Shown here piece by piece: positions 10,495-22,734 of a DNA stretch of 64,000 bases. The stretch covers positions 576,001 to 640,000 of the forward strand of contig BK006943.2 in the NCBI GenBank assembly GCA_000146045.2. Direction: 5' to 3'. Position numbers and translations under genes: made by a program. Source of the stretch: TPA_inf: Saccharomyces (lineage: Eukaryota). How positions within the stretch are numbered: the stretch's first letter is position 1; each line of letters begins with the position of its first letter. The notes below the pieces were generated by a model that made no database searches, was not told where the DNA came from, and saw only the letters and a list, made by a program, of their open reading frames with translations.

Positions 10495-11373
10495 TCATAT
10501 CTTATTCAAAATTAATTCAGCGGTAATCTTATCTTTATTGTTAGACTTCGCAGAAATTTCCTTTAGCTTCGATGCAGATAGTTTGATCAAGTCATTTTGT
10601 TTATTACGTCCCAGTTCGCGAGAAATGATGTTAACCAATGCCCACCCTTTTAGGTATAGTTCGCTAAGTTCAACGCTCCTCAAAGCATTCTTTAATGCCT
10701 TTTCCAAGAGCTCGGTCTTGGTTTGTTTCTTGCTACGTAGAGCCTCATAATACAGAGTCTCACTTAGCCTACCAAAACAAGCGTAATTGAATGGTGTAAT
10801 ACATAGGACCTGTTCCAAACAATAACAGGCTTTTTCAAATTGGCCCATTTCGAAATAAATCTCGCTGGCATACCACCACAATTCTGCATCAAGCGGGAAT
10901 TTATCTGTAAGAGCTACCACTTCTTTAAGAACACTTTCTTGGCTCAAGTTCTTGGAAGTTGTCTTGATAGCTATCAATTTCTTTGCAATAGAGACATAAG
11001 TAACGAAGTCCGTTTCATACTCCAGATCATCATTCAACAAATTTTCCAGATATTCAATAGCGCCTTTATCATTTCCGTTTATCTGCAATAAAGTGGCTTT
11101 CATGATTACCATTTTATACGAATTTTCACCAAGACGATCTCTTAATGTATTATAAACAACTTGCGCATCAACGTCTTGGTTTCGGTACACCAAAACATAG
11201 AAAAGCATTTCCATCAAGAAGAAATAGTTTCCTTCTGTTAGTGCAGAGTCTCCGCTTTTCATGTAAATTTTCATTTCATTTTCTAGTTGCAGTAATTGTT
11301 CTGGATTAAATTGAGTATACGCTTTGGTATTCATAATTGTCAAAAGCTTTTCTCTAACCAAATCCTTCAACAT
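10495..11373 (-). CDS. EMC2: ER membrane protein complex subunit 2 (TPR repeats), 292 aa
   Basis: ATG ORF MLKDLVREKLLTIMNTKAYTQFNPEQLLQLENEMKIYMKSGD... Matches YJR088C. Confidence 0.85.
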   Translation of the reverse strand: MLKDLVREKLLTIMNTKAYTQFNPEQLLQLENEMKIYMKSGDSALTEGNYFFLMEMLFYVLVYRNQDVDAQVVYNTLRDRLGENSYKMVIMKATLLQINGNDKGAIEYLENLLNDDLEYETDFVTYVSIAKKLIAIKTTSKNLSQESVLKEVVALTDKFPLDAELWWYASEIYFEMGQFEKACYCLEQVLCITPFNYACFGRLSETLYYEALRSKKQTKTELLEKALKNALRSVELSELYLKGWALVNIISRELGRNKQNDLIKLSASKLKEISAKSNNKDKITAELILNKI

Positions 11374-11717
11374 TGTTTTATCTACTGCTTTCTATAATTT
11401 TCTCCGTTCCAATGCGATCCAATGCCTTTCATTCATACATAGTTATTTATTTCATTAACGATCCAAATCTCTTTACTTAACTTCACTAGTCAACGCTTCT
11501 AACACATCACGCGATACGAAGATTAACAGTTTAGTATAATATTGCAATACATACCCATTTCACACATCGGTCAAGGTCATCAAGCACTTTTAGTTATAGT
11601 GTGTCCTATAGTTCTTTCAGATTGATTGAGGTTTCATATTAGTGTTGAAAGCCTAGCTAAAGTTCTCTGGGCGTGCAACATTCGAGGACACATCGGTTGT
11701 TTATACCTCATGGGATT

Positions 11718-14582
11718 ATGGATGGTCAAATAGATAAAATGGAGAAGCGATATAGCATGACCAAACTGGAGAATAGGTTAAGGACTTTCCAAGATGGTGT
11801 TGCACTTGAAAAAAAAAAGTTAAAGTGGAGTTTTAAAGTTATTCCGTATCAGGCAATGGCCAAGCTTGGATTTTACTTTGATCCAGTGATCGATCCTAAG
11901 ACATCTAAACTGAAAAAAGACTCTGTAAGATGTTGCTATTGTCATCGTCAAACATACAATGTGAGAGACTGCAGATCCAAAAGAAAAGATGTTCTTGAGA
12001 CTCTAAGCAATATAATGAGGCAACATCTGACTGTTACTGATAACAAACAAGTTTGCCTCCTTATTTACTTGCGCAATAAGCTATTGACGGACTATAGCTT
12101 CCATATGGGGGTTTCGGACTGGAAAAATGACAAGTACTTCAGCAATCCAGATGATGAAAACGTGATAAACCTAAGAAAATTTACTTTTCAAGATAACTGG
12201 CCTCACAGTGGTTCTCAAAATGAACATCCGCTGGGTATAGAAAAGATGGTGAATGCAGGACTCATGCGATACGACTCCAGCATAGAAGGCTTAGGCGATC
12301 CAAGCATGGATAAAACACTTATGAACGATACCTGTTATTGTATTTATTGCAAACAGTTGTTACAAGGTTGGTCAATAAATGACGATCCGATGAGCCGACA
12401 TTATAAGGTTTCTCAAAATGGGAACTGTTATTTCTTTCAGACACGTAATCGATTTGAGAGAATAAAAAATGACAATGACAGTATCACGAAAAATTGCGAA
12501 GTCTCTCCAACTTTAGGCGAAAATGGGAAAAGAGAAGTGATCAACACGAAAACCGCTTCTCAAAGGCAGTGTCCTTTATTTGAGTCACCTCCATCTAGTA
12601 CTGGTCCTCAACTTGACGATTATAATGAGAAGACAGATATATCTGTTATTCAACATAATATAAGTGTGCTTGATGGAGCACAAGGCGAAAATGTAAAACG
12701 TAATAGTGTGGAAGAAAAAGAACAAATCAACATGGAAAATGGAAGCACTACATTAGAAGAGGGCAATATAAATCGTGATGTTTTAGCAGATAAGAAAGAA
12801 GTTATTTCGACACCAACTGCAAAAGAAATCAAACGTCCAAATGTCCAGCTAACCCAATCATCGTCACCTATAAAAAAGAAAAGAAAGTTTAAGAGAATAT
12901 CGCCTAGAAAAATCTTTGATGAGGAAGATAGCGAACACTCCCTTAATAATAATTCTGCCAACGGAGACAACAAAGATAAGGATTTGGTTATAGATTTTAC
13001 AAGCCATATCATAAAAAATAGAGATGTAGGGAGAAAGAATGCTATTTTAGATGACAGCACAGATGAATTCAGTTTCAGTAACCAAGGACATAACACATTT
13101 GACATACCTATACCAACCTCATCACATTTGCTCAAAGGTATAGATTCAGATAATGACAATGTTATACGAGAAGATGATACTGGCATAAATACAGACACAA
13201 AAGGAGCGTCTTCTAAACACGAAAAATTTTCTGTTAATTCTGAAGAAGATTTAAATTTCAGTGAAGTGAAACTCACAGGTAGAGACAGTAGTACTAATAT
13301 TCTTATAAGAACGCAAATTGTAGATCAGAATTTGGGTGATATCGACAGAGATAAGGTCCCCAATGGTGGATCCCCAGAAGTTCCAAAGACACATGAGTTA
13401 ATTAGAGATAACTCTGAAAAGAGGGAAGCACAAAACGGGGAATTTCGACATCAAAAAGATTCAACTGTACGGCAATCTCCAGATATATTACATTCTAATA
13501 AAAGTGGTGATAATTCCAGTAATATTACCGCAATACCCAAAGAGGAACAAAGGAGAGGCAATAGCAAAACATCCAGCATTCCCGCTGATATTCATCCTAA
13601 ACCAAGGAAAAACTTGCAAGAACCAAGAAGCCTATCAATAAGTGGAAAAGTTGTTCCAACAGAAAGAAAATTAGATAACATCAATATAGATCTAAATTTT
13701 TCGGCGTCCGATTTTTCACCATCATCACAATCTGAGCAATCATCAAAAAGCTCAAGCGTTATTTCAACGCCGGTAGCGAGCCCTAAAATTAATCTCACAC
13801 GCAGTTTGCATGCAGTCAAAGAGCTTTCTGGCCTCAAAAAAGAAACTGACGATGGTAAGTATTTTACTAATAAGCAGGAAACTATAAAAATACTGGAAGA
13901 TGTGTCTGTGAAGAATGAGACCCCAAATAATGAAATGTTACTTTTTGAGACTGGAACCCCGATCGCATCTCAAGAAAACAAGTCAAGAAAATTATTTGAT
14001 GAAGAGTTTTCTGGGAAGGAATTGGATATACCTATAGATTCATCAACTGTAGAAATAAAAAAGGTTATTAAACCCGAATTTGAGCCAGTCCCATCAGTTG
14101 CAAGGAATTTGGTGTCTGGAACCTCTTCATATCCACGGAATTCACGTTTAGAAGAACAAAGAAAGGAAACAAGCACAAGTTTGGCTGATAATTCTAAGAA
14201 AGGAAGTTCATTTAATGAGGGCAACAACGAAAAAGAACCGAATGCAGCAGAATGGTTTAAAATTGATGAAAATAGACACCTTGTAAAAAATTACTTCCAT
14301 GATTTGTTAAAATATATAAATAATAATGATGCTACGCTAGCTAATGACAAAGACGGTGATCTGGCTTTTTTGATTAAGCAAATGCCTGCAGAAGAGTTGG
14401 ACATGACATTCAACAATTGGGTGAACCTAAAAGTGCAATCTATTAAGCGCGAATTTATAGATGACTGTGATAAGAAATTGGACATATTGAGAAGGGATTA
14501 CTATACTGCCACAAATTTTATTGAAACTTTGGAAGATGACAATCAATTGATCGATATTGCTAAGAAAATGGGCATTTTATAG
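11718..14582 (+). CDS. BIR1: Chromosomal passenger complex subunit (survivin-like, two N-terminal BIR zinc fingers), 954 aa
   Basis: ORF track begins at GTG (11673). First ATG at 11718 gives MDGQIDKMEKRYSMTKLENRLRTFQDG... BIR signatures are present (CCYCHRQT...; CYCIYCKQL). Confidence 0.9.
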   Translation: MDGQIDKMEKRYSMTKLENRLRTFQDGVALEKKKLKWSFKVIPYQAMAKLGFYFDPVIDPKTSKLKKDSVRCCYCHRQTYNVRDCRSKRKDVLETLSNIMRQHLTVTDNKQVCLLIYLRNKLLTDYSFHMGVSDWKNDKYFSNPDDENVINLRKFTFQDNWPHSGSQNEHPLGIEKMVNAGLMRYDSSIEGLGDPSMDKTLMNDTCYCIYCKQLLQGWSINDDPMSRHYKVSQNGNCYFFQTRNRFERIKNDNDSITKNCEVSPTLGENGKREVINTKTASQRQCPLFESPPSSTGPQLDDYNEKTDISVIQHNISVLDGAQGENVKRNSVEEKEQINMENGSTTLEEGNINRDVLADKKEVISTPTAKEIKRPNVQLTQSSSPIKKKRKFKRISPRKIFDEEDSEHSLNNNSANGDNKDKDLVIDFTSHIIKNRDVGRKNAILDDSTDEFSFSNQGHNTFDIPIPTSSHLLKGIDSDNDNVIREDDTGINTDTKGASSKHEKFSVNSEEDLNFSEVKLTGRDSSTNILIRTQIVDQNLGDIDRDKVPNGGSPEVPKTHELIRDNSEKREAQNGEFRHQKDSTVRQSPDILHSNKSGDNSSNITAIPKEEQRRGNSKTSSIPADIHPKPRKNLQEPRSLSISGKVVPTERKLDNINIDLNFSASDFSPSSQSEQSSKSSSVISTPVASPKINLTRSLHAVKELSGLKKETDDGKYFTNKQETIKILEDVSVKNETPNNEMLLFETGTPIASQENKSRKLFDEEFSGKELDIPIDSSTVEIKKVIKPEFEPVPSVARNLVSGTSSYPRNSRLEEQRKETSTSLADNSKKGSSFNEGNNEKEPNAAEWFKIDENRHLVKNYFHDLLKYINNNDATLANDKDGDLAFLIKQMPAEELDMTFNNWVNLKVQSIKREFIDDCDKKLDILRRDYYTATNFIETLEDDNQLIDIAKKMGIL

Positions 14583-14871
14583 CTAACTAATTTGATAAAC
14601 AGGCTAAAGGTTTGTATTTTTTGTAGTTTTGAAACTGTGTATAGAATGTTTCGCCGCATCGCAGATATCTGCAGGGAACTGTTGACATAGCATCTTCTGT
14701 GGACGTGACAACGTTACGTATATTCGTTGATACCGCAAGTCTATAGCGTATACATGCTAAGGCAAAAAGTTTCAAAGTGAATGCATTATGTATTTATATG
14801 TAAATAAGTAAGAAAAGTGGGATTTTGAAAATAAAGGTGTAGTAGGACAGTAAGTATTCAATGAAATACAA

Positions 14872-17800
14872 TTATAACATATCTTCATCGGGCGTTCCTG
14901 ATGCTTCATCCATTTGAGAATCAATGGCAGTGTCAGGCATTGATTCGTCAATTGTGTTGTTGTTATTGTTCCTAACCATGTTCTGATTACGAAGTCCCAT
15001 TTGGAGATTCCTCATCTGGTCAGGTGATATTTGCATTCTATTGCCAAACTGACGCCAGAAATTTGGATTTTCTGTTTCATTGTCATCATTACCATTGTTA
15101 GTTTCATTGTTACTTGTATCGTTTGCCCCAGCATCCGATACAATATTCACTATGTTGTTGGCGTTCCGGTTGGCGTCATTGTCATTATTGTTATTCCATG
15201 CTGATCTTTGGTGGGCTATTAATAGTTCTCTTTGTCTGGTTAACAATGTTATGTTATCTTTTAAATATAGTCTCAAAACAACGGTGGAGAGCTTGTACTT
15301 CTGAACCACCATAATGAATTTGTCAATGAATAAAAGTCGCCATATTAAAAGCCCTTTTTGGTAATCTATGTTGCCCGATTCCTGAACCGTTTTTTGTACT
15401 AAACAAATTTGTCTGTTTAATTCAATCATTTGCATATAGGTTTGAGTCATTTCATGAAGTAAAAAACCAGTAAACTGAAACTGAACTCTTACCAAACTAG
15501 CAACATTCACCTCGAAATCATCAATATGATCATTTAACTCATGGAATTTTCTAACAATATGACACATTTCACTGTTAATTTCCCGGTTTACACCAGGTGC
15601 TACGACATAATCTTGATCATCGTCCACATCACTAAATGGATCTTCACAAAACGTCTTGTTTACTTGCAATAATAGTGAGTTAACTTCCTCCGAGCTCATC
15701 CTAATGCCATCAAAAGTATTGAGATACCAACTGAATACTTCATCTATTCGTTCAAAATTGATATTCTGGAAAAGAAAATCGTTATTTAGACCGTTGATTT
15801 GATTTAATCCTGTAGCAGCTATAATTGCAGCGGAATCTTGATTTAAATCAGTTATGATTCTCCTAAGAGCATCTTCAAGTGTTTCACCGTTAAATATCAA
15901 ATTCTTGGATCTAATATATTTTGTCAAAACATCATTTACATCGACATGTGGTCCAAAAGCGGGCGACGTTAAATTTACTAAATAATGGCGAAGTTTATGA
16001 ACACCTTTCCCTGAAAATACGCAGAATATTTGACGTTGATTTTCACTAAAGTCTGAGGGTGCAGGCCTGCAATACATCGTTATATCGGGGCGTAAAAATG
16101 ACGGAACAGCAGTCAAAGACAAATGTGAGAGCCTTGGGCAAGACATTAGAAGCTCATATATCGGATATATTGTTAAATTAGAACAGTAAGATAAATGTAC
16201 CCTTTCTAAAGTATCATTTCGGCCTCGCAAGGAAACCATATTCAACAAACCCTCGTCAGTCATTTGCGTACATTTGACAAGGCCAATTCTCTTTAATTTT
16301 GGTAAGTCTGCTAGTTCATAAAGAGTTCTATTGGTTAAATTCGTACAGCACGCAAAGTCCACATACTGTATTCTTGTACATGAATGAAAGAGTGCTCTTA
16401 CCCCGTTATCAGTTATATTGAAACAGTGCCCAAAATGCACTGTTTGCAAGTTTTTGCCCAGCTTCGATAATTGGAACAACGATGCATCTGTAATTCGGCT
16501 ACACTTGCCTAGAAAAACATTACGTAATTTAGGGGCTAAATTGACTATACTTTCTATAGTTTTATCTGTAATATTTTCACATCCAGAAAGATCAATCAAT
16601 CTTAAAGAGGGCATATCGTCAACTACTTTAGAAAGCTCCTGGAAAAGATTATCCGTAATATTCGTATTATGAGTTATTCTGAATTCCCTCAGCTGAACTA
16701 ACCTAGTGAGGAGTTTTAACAAACTAGAATCAGTGACATTTGGACTTAATGTTATATCGACCTCTACAAGCAAAGGGCATTTGTTGGCTAATAGTTCTAC
16801 TAATTCGTCATTCATGTTATTGTTTGCTGTGATTTTTATTCTTTTCAACATCGGGGAATGGACTATGAAATTCCGCAGTGAATCGAATGTTACATTCCTT
16901 GCCTGAGGAACATAAAAGCCCTGTACTCTGGGACAATATGTCGCTAAGGTATCAAATACGTCATCGGAAACGTCTCTTATTCCAGTGATATCCACACTTT
17001 GGAGAAATTTACATCCTCTCAAAACAGCCGATATTGGAACACTGGTTATATGCTTGCAAAATACTAAAGTTAGTCGCTCCAAATTCTTACATCCGACAAA
17101 ATAGTTAAGCTCTGTATCGTGCATGTAGTCACCAACAAATGAAAAATTTAATCTTTTGATCATTAAACGATAGTTGAATACAGTTTCTTCAGAAGTTAAC
17201 TTCATAGTCCTTAAAAACAAGTCTAATTGACTCTTTTTGTTGATGTGCGGTCTGTAATAAAGTATCTTCACAATTATTTCAGCCCAGAGTTTGGAAACGG
17301 TAAGGAATTTTACAATATCATATTTTTGGTTAAGTTTATCTAATATTAAGTGTAATATTTCCGAGGGTAGCATGTTTAGGGCAAACACAGGTGATCTTCG
17401 GGTGACACTCGTACATATGTTTTGATTTGATGGATTCGAAAGCACATTATTTATGAACTGCCTTGAATATCTCGAAAGATCTTGTAGCCCTTCTTTCAAG
17501 TCAGATGATTCAGTAGTATCTATGGAGTTTATCCAAATGATGAAATTATCTGTTGGATTTTCCACTTGTTGACCTCTTAGCTTGGAATGGCAGTATGCAT
17601 ATAATGACTTTTTGTACTCTTCTATAATTGTTAATATTTTTAGCCTTAAATTTCTAATTTCCATGTTTTCTGTCTCTAGCGCCCTAAGCCTCATTCTTTG
17701 TAATTTATGCAAATAACTAATTGCTTGTGGGGAGTTATCAATACGTAGCTCCTTTAGTTTAAGGTTGTCTAGCTCAATTTCGTTCAGTATTTTTTTTCTA

Positions 17801-18186
17801 CGTTTCTCTATAACAACCAGAAACTCTTGGATTTTTTTGCCCACTATTAGCTTGAATTCGTGGATTTGCTTCCGTTCTTCCTCTGGTAGGTTCGGTAACA
17901 ATCGATTAAGTTGATCTATTTGAACATTGACACCATTCATAAGGTTTGTGTTCACAGTGTTTATGTCAATCCCGTTCAGCGCATTTGTTTGCTGTTGTGG
18001 TTGAAATGTCAGCGAAAAGTTTTGATTTAGCGGTTGTCCGTTGTTGGTTGGCAAAAGCGTTTCCCGTTGAATACTATCGAACCTAAAGATATTATTTAGC
18101 GTTGCATCCCTAACCTCACTTGCATTTCTTTCCGAAGTTGCCGTTTCTCTAGTTCGTGATGGCATTTGTGGTCTTGTGCTATTATT

Positions 18187-18218
<32 letters not shown>

Positions 18219-18327
18219 CGTCAAAATCACCGCTACTATTCAGCCACAATTGAGGGCCCAAATTTGGATGTATATCAGGTGGGTGCAGCCTATTGCTGTC
18301 ATTGTGGTTGTTGTTATCCTGATCCAT
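14872..18327 (-). CDS. GRR1: SCF ubiquitin-ligase F-box / leucine-rich-repeat protein, 1151 aa
   Basis: ORF track begins at TTG (18381). First in-frame ATG (revcomp 18325-18327) gives MDQDNNNHNDSNRLHPPDIHPNLGP... F-box (LPSEILHLILDKL) followed by many LRRs; N-terminal poly-Asn. Confidence 0.9.
18181..18222. repeat. Perfect trinucleotide microsatellite (ATT)3(GTT)9(GTC)2 inside GRR1, encoding DD + ~12 Asn on the coding strand
   Basis: Direct reading of 18181-18222: attattattgttgttgttgttgttgttgttgttgttgtcgtc. Confidence 0.9.
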
Positions 18328-19060
18328 TATAGACCTTCTTAGTATAAAGGAAACCGCAAAACTGTTTAGCCTCACTACCAATGATAATTATTGTGCCGAA
18401 ATCAATGAGAAATTTCAAGATTTCACGCAGGTGTAAGCTTAAATGCAATGCCTTAATTTTTGGGCTTCCCTGCTAGTTGGACACAAGTACGATTTTGATA
18501 TTCAAAAACCGGGCTTCTAAGAGAACGATTAAATGAAAACGAATTATTGTGTAAAATCGAAAAACTGGTGAAGTATGGACAAAAGAAAGTAACACACAGG
18601 CACAGTTAAATTTGGTGTTATGTATTTTGCCACGCCTTTTTTGATAATCATATCACTAAATTTGTTAAAAGGCAAATTTTAAAACAAGTTCCTTTACCAA
18701 GGAAGGTCCATAGGCGGGTAACCTCAGTAGTAATGAAAGCCTAGTAATGATGACTATAAATGTTCATTAACACATCTGGGTAATAAATGATGATATTTTT
18801 AAAAACTGTATAAAACTTTATGGATTTATTTAATCATGATTAGGTGTAGAAAAAAAATTTGGCGATATGATGGCTTGAAAAAGACACGTCTTCCCAGTAA
18901 TGAAAATGCCCAAATTCTTCATTAGCTCGCTCATATTCTATTAGGATTTGAACCATAAAACCGTTGGGGGTAAATGAGATAGTTTTGAATGGATGCAGGT
19001 ATGAGAAGAAAACGGCGTGGTCTCCCAATGATGACGGAAATAAAAGAAAACATGGGGACG

Positions 19061-22000
19061 TCAGTTTGCAGAGTGTAAAGTCAGAGTTTCAAAAACGGTG
19101 TTATCGTCGTTATAGTTCGTGTTGTTATTATTGTTGTTGTTGTTCGTATGAGGTTGTGAGGAGCCAACATTGTTTACTAATTCCATAGTAGTGTTGTTAT
19201 GGTTAGTTAGGCTCAGTTGTGGCAACGATAAACGGGTTCCGTTATTAAAGTTTAGCATATCAAACTGGGAACTTAAGTCATCGTTGTTCATAGCATATCC
19301 ATTACTGGCGTTGCCTGAAAAGCCGCTGACAGGGAAGACGCCAGGATAACTAAAATAGCCCATTGAAGAATTAGAATTGGCATTCAATGGTTGGCCCGGG
19401 GATAATGTAGAGGCAGAAGAACCATTTGTAGTCGTGGTGTTCATTGTGGTATGTTTAGATCCACCACTTTTAACGCTAGAAACAGAAAGACCTCTCATGT
19501 GTTGTCCAGAAGTATCAGGAGTGGCGAACATGTGCGAAATGCTGCTGTTATGATGCTGCTGCTGTTGTTGTTTTGTCTTGTTATGAGTACTAGAGGGTGA
19601 TGCCAACCCGACTTCTTCCAATAAACGGCGGCTTGGTTGGATTTGAGTAGAATCCGTCAATACTTTTCTGACTTGTTTAATGATGTGGGCTCTTAAGTCA
19701 TCTTCTAATAATGGCATTGCTAAAACTTTATGGACAAAGGTTGGGCCATAATTTGTTTCACATAAAAGCTTTGTTAATTCCTTTGGTGGCGAAGAATCGT
19801 GTGCGTTCACGTTTCCAAATAGGGAATCTAGGATGATTTTTCTAGCGTTATCATCCCCTCTGTAATTCAAGACCTTCAAAATAGTCAAAGAAGCCAATCT
19901 GTGGCCACATAACTCTACAATTCTTTTCGTCAATCTTGGTGCCAAGATAGAATGTCTGTTGGGTAAAACACTAGTATCTAAAAACCACGTTACTAACAAC
20001 GCACCATTGCTATTAGTGCTTAGATATTCAGCATATGTAACGATCATTGCACTCAAAACTATTGATTGTTCAGGAGTTACAATGTCATGTGCCTCTAAAC
20101 AAGCTCTGACTGCCCTTGCACCATATCTATTCTGAACAATAACCCAAAAATTAGCTATTATACTTTCAAAAATAAACTGGTTCCAGGGGAATCCAAATTT
20201 CAAAACGCACTGTATGACATAATTTCCGAATTGGTCATTGATTAATGGAGTACAGTAGTCCTTGACCCCTTGCGTCACTTGCATGATTTGTCTCGGAGTA
20301 TGCGCCATAGTGATCATCTTCTGACAAGCCCATGTTCCGTTTTTGTGAACACCCATAGAGGTTAGGTATTTGCTTGTTTTCCTCAGCATGATGTCTTTAA
20401 TAATATCAGATGAATGTTCAAATAATTTTTGAACGATAGTGTTACCCAAGTAATCTGAACTCAATTCGGGCAATTCGTCAAGCATTGCAATAGCCAACTG
20501 TTCGATCTCTAAGTCGGAAAATGCGTTTGAATCGATTGATTTTCGCAATTCGCGTAATTTTGGTGGATCGAACTCCCTGCCAGACAATGGTTCTGGTAAA
20601 GGTCCAAAGTTTTGCGTATCGGAAGTGCCTTTGTGATTCAGCGATTTTTTTATCAACGAATTGATTTGGTATTCATCGGAATTTGCTTCAAAAAGTTCGA
20701 TGATCTCTCTTAACAAATCTTCCTTTTCGTTAACGTTAGGTGGTGGTAGAGGGAAAGGACATTGTTCTTTTTCATTTGCTGAGTTATTGTTGTTTCCGTG
20801 CATACTATTGTTATTATTATAACCATGGAGAACATTGCTAAAACCAGCAGAACCCGAACTATGGTTTTGGTGCTGCGATTGTTGTGATTGCTGGTTAAAT
20901 ACAGGTATAGAAACATTTCCTTGTTGTTGGAAAGTCACAGCTCCATTGAATAACTGCTCCTGTAATAAAGGCTGTGGTTGCAAATTGTTGTTTTCTAAAC
21001 CCAATGGCAAGCCTTGAGAATTGAGAAGAAATTGTGGGGGTTGTTGATGCATAGGTAAGATTTTGGCAAATGAAATTTTACTTGGTGCTCCAATCATAGA
21101 TACCTCCTTGCCCTGTAAACTATCTAAGGCTTTTACGGCACTTTCCACGGAAGAAAATTCAACTAAAGCCATGTTTAAATTCCTTAAAGTCCTAGCAGAT
21201 ATGACTTCACCATATTTGGAGCATAGGGTTGCCAAGGAAGTACTTGTTAAGTTTATCGCGTTATTTAATTGTGGCTGCTGGTGCTGTAGGGGAAAAACGT
21301 TGGAAATAGAAATGGTATTTGTGGGTAAAAGGTTCGATATTTGGTTTATTGATGGTACAGTGGGGTCCATTGTTACCCAATTGATGGATTGCGGATCTAT
21401 TTCATCAGCAATCAATGGAGATTCCTGTGTTGGAATAGTATAGTGCGATGAAATACTGGCACGAGCGGGCTGTTCGTACAGTGGAGCGTCGGTATATATG
21501 CTAGACGCGTTGGATTGAGATCTCTGTCTGGTATTTGACCAAACAGAGTTTGGGATAGCCAAGTTATTCGTATTCATCTTATTATCTGCCATTTGGCTTC
21601 CACTAGTAGATACCATGTTGTCAAAATATGCAGTTTTTGTCGAATAATCGTTGAGCGTGTTTGAATTAGTTGTATTATTGCTTGTCGTAGGTTGCAATTG
21701 TTGCAAAAGGTGCTGTTGCATGGGATCGTTCGCACTAGCATTTGAAGACCATATTCCGCTCGAAGTACGAGGCTTGGGGGCGATTGATGAAATGGAAGTT
21801 ATCTGAGAAGACATTGTGTTGTTTCTCGTCCTCGAGATCTGATGTGGCAAGTTAAACGAGTCGCTAGATCCTCGGGGGGCAGGAATTAAGAAGTTATTAC
21901 TCGAGTCAGGAAAATGCACCAATTTTTCCATGTCTTGAGGAGGGGTTAAACTGCCAGGTCTATCCATAGTTACACCGTCTATAGAACTTTCCATCATCTT

Positions 22001-22336
22001 ACTCCTGGAAGGGCTGGCCCTTGGTGTCTTGGACGCCACCGTAGATTGGGAACTGTTGTTGCTAGAGGAAAACTCAGCACCGTTCTTTCCGTGACTATTT
22101 TTCTTCGAATGGTGTAACTTGGCACTGATGGAGGGCAAAAGGTTACTCAATGTATTAGAAAATTTTCCTGCTCGCGACCTATATGATCCAAGCTTTTGGG
22201 GTTGTTGCTGCAGTTGGCTATTACTCTCTCCATTGTTCTCGTATTCTTCCTCGTATATTGGGATAGTGATGCCAGGGTCAATCACCTCGGGGATGTTGGA
22301 CAAGTTGTTGATGTTCATCTGCTTACTTTTATCCAT
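19061..22336 (-). CDS. JSN1: Pumilio/PUF-family RNA-binding protein, 1091 aa
   Basis: ORF track begins at TTG (22387). First ATG (revcomp 22334-22336) gives MDKSKQMNINNLSNIPEVIDPGITIPIYEEEYENNGES... C-terminal half carries PUF repeats (FGNYVIQ...). Confidence 0.9.
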   Translation of the reverse strand: MDKSKQMNINNLSNIPEVIDPGITIPIYEEEYENNGESNSQLQQQPQKLGSYRSRAGKFSNTLSNLLPSISAKLHHSKKNSHGKNGAEFSSSNNSSQSTVASKTPRASPSRSKMMESSIDGVTMDRPGSLTPPQDMEKLVHFPDSSNNFLIPAPRGSSDSFNLPHQISRTRNNTMSSQITSISSIAPKPRTSSGIWSSNASANDPMQQHLLQQLQPTTSNNTTNSNTLNDYSTKTAYFDNMVSTSGSQMADNKMNTNNLAIPNSVWSNTRQRSQSNASSIYTDAPLYEQPARASISSHYTIPTQESPLIADEIDPQSINWVTMDPTVPSINQISNLLPTNTISISNVFPLQHQQPQLNNAINLTSTSLATLCSKYGEVISARTLRNLNMALVEFSSVESAVKALDSLQGKEVSMIGAPSKISFAKILPMHQQPPQFLLNSQGLPLGLENNNLQPQPLLQEQLFNGAVTFQQQGNVSIPVFNQQSQQSQHQNHSSGSAGFSNVLHGYNNNNSMHGNNNNSANEKEQCPFPLPPPNVNEKEDLLREIIELFEANSDEYQINSLIKKSLNHKGTSDTQNFGPLPEPLSGREFDPPKLRELRKSIDSNAFSDLEIEQLAIAMLDELPELSSDYLGNTIVQKLFEHSSDIIKDIMLRKTSKYLTSMGVHKNGTWACQKMITMAHTPRQIMQVTQGVKDYCTPLINDQFGNYVIQCVLKFGFPWNQFIFESIIANFWVIVQNRYGARAVRACLEAHDIVTPEQSIVLSAMIVTYAEYLSTNSNGALLVTWFLDTSVLPNRHSILAPRLTKRIVELCGHRLASLTILKVLNYRGDDNARKIILDSLFGNVNAHDSSPPKELTKLLCETNYGPTFVHKVLAMPLLEDDLRAHIIKQVRKVLTDSTQIQPSRRLLEEVGLASPSSTHNKTKQQQQQHHNSSISHMFATPDTSGQHMRGLSVSSVKSGGSKHTTMNTTTTNGSSASTLSPGQPLNANSNSSMGYFSYPGVFPVSGFSGNASNGYAMNNDDLSSQFDMLNFNNGTRLSLPQLSLTNHNNTTMELVNNVGSSQPHTNNNNNNNNTNYNDDNTVFETLTLHSAN

Positions 22337-22734
22337 CTTAAGAAGGAATAAATAGACGTTCACGCTCTTTCTCACACATACACACAAATCTCTCGAAGTG
22401 CCTCTTATTGTTTTAACTATTCATCTCTATGCGCCATTGGTCATCCTACGAGAAACGCCCCCCTTTGTCCCAATAATTGTCGGCGGGTAATTTGTCCAAA
22501 TGAAAAAGAGACATTGTCGCGAGGAACGAATAGATGACCCGATTTGGAAAAAGGTAAACAACAATGAAATATTCCTCGAGAAAACAATAATGTTTATTTA
22601 TGCAAAGGAAACACTTAGAAGGGAACATCTCCATTCACTAAACTTCGTTGGTTTGGTGTATATTTCTTTGATTCAGTCTGTGCAAGAAGAATTTTTTAGT
22701 TCATTAAATTATATAAAAACAAAAGTACAGAAGC

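Noticed and set aside
10382-10750. 122-aa plus-strand ORF overlapping the STE18 3' end and the EMC2 3' end (YJR087W-like)
   Set aside because: It overlaps two verified convergent genes. The product is low-complexity and hydrophobic, so it looks like a typical dubious ORF.
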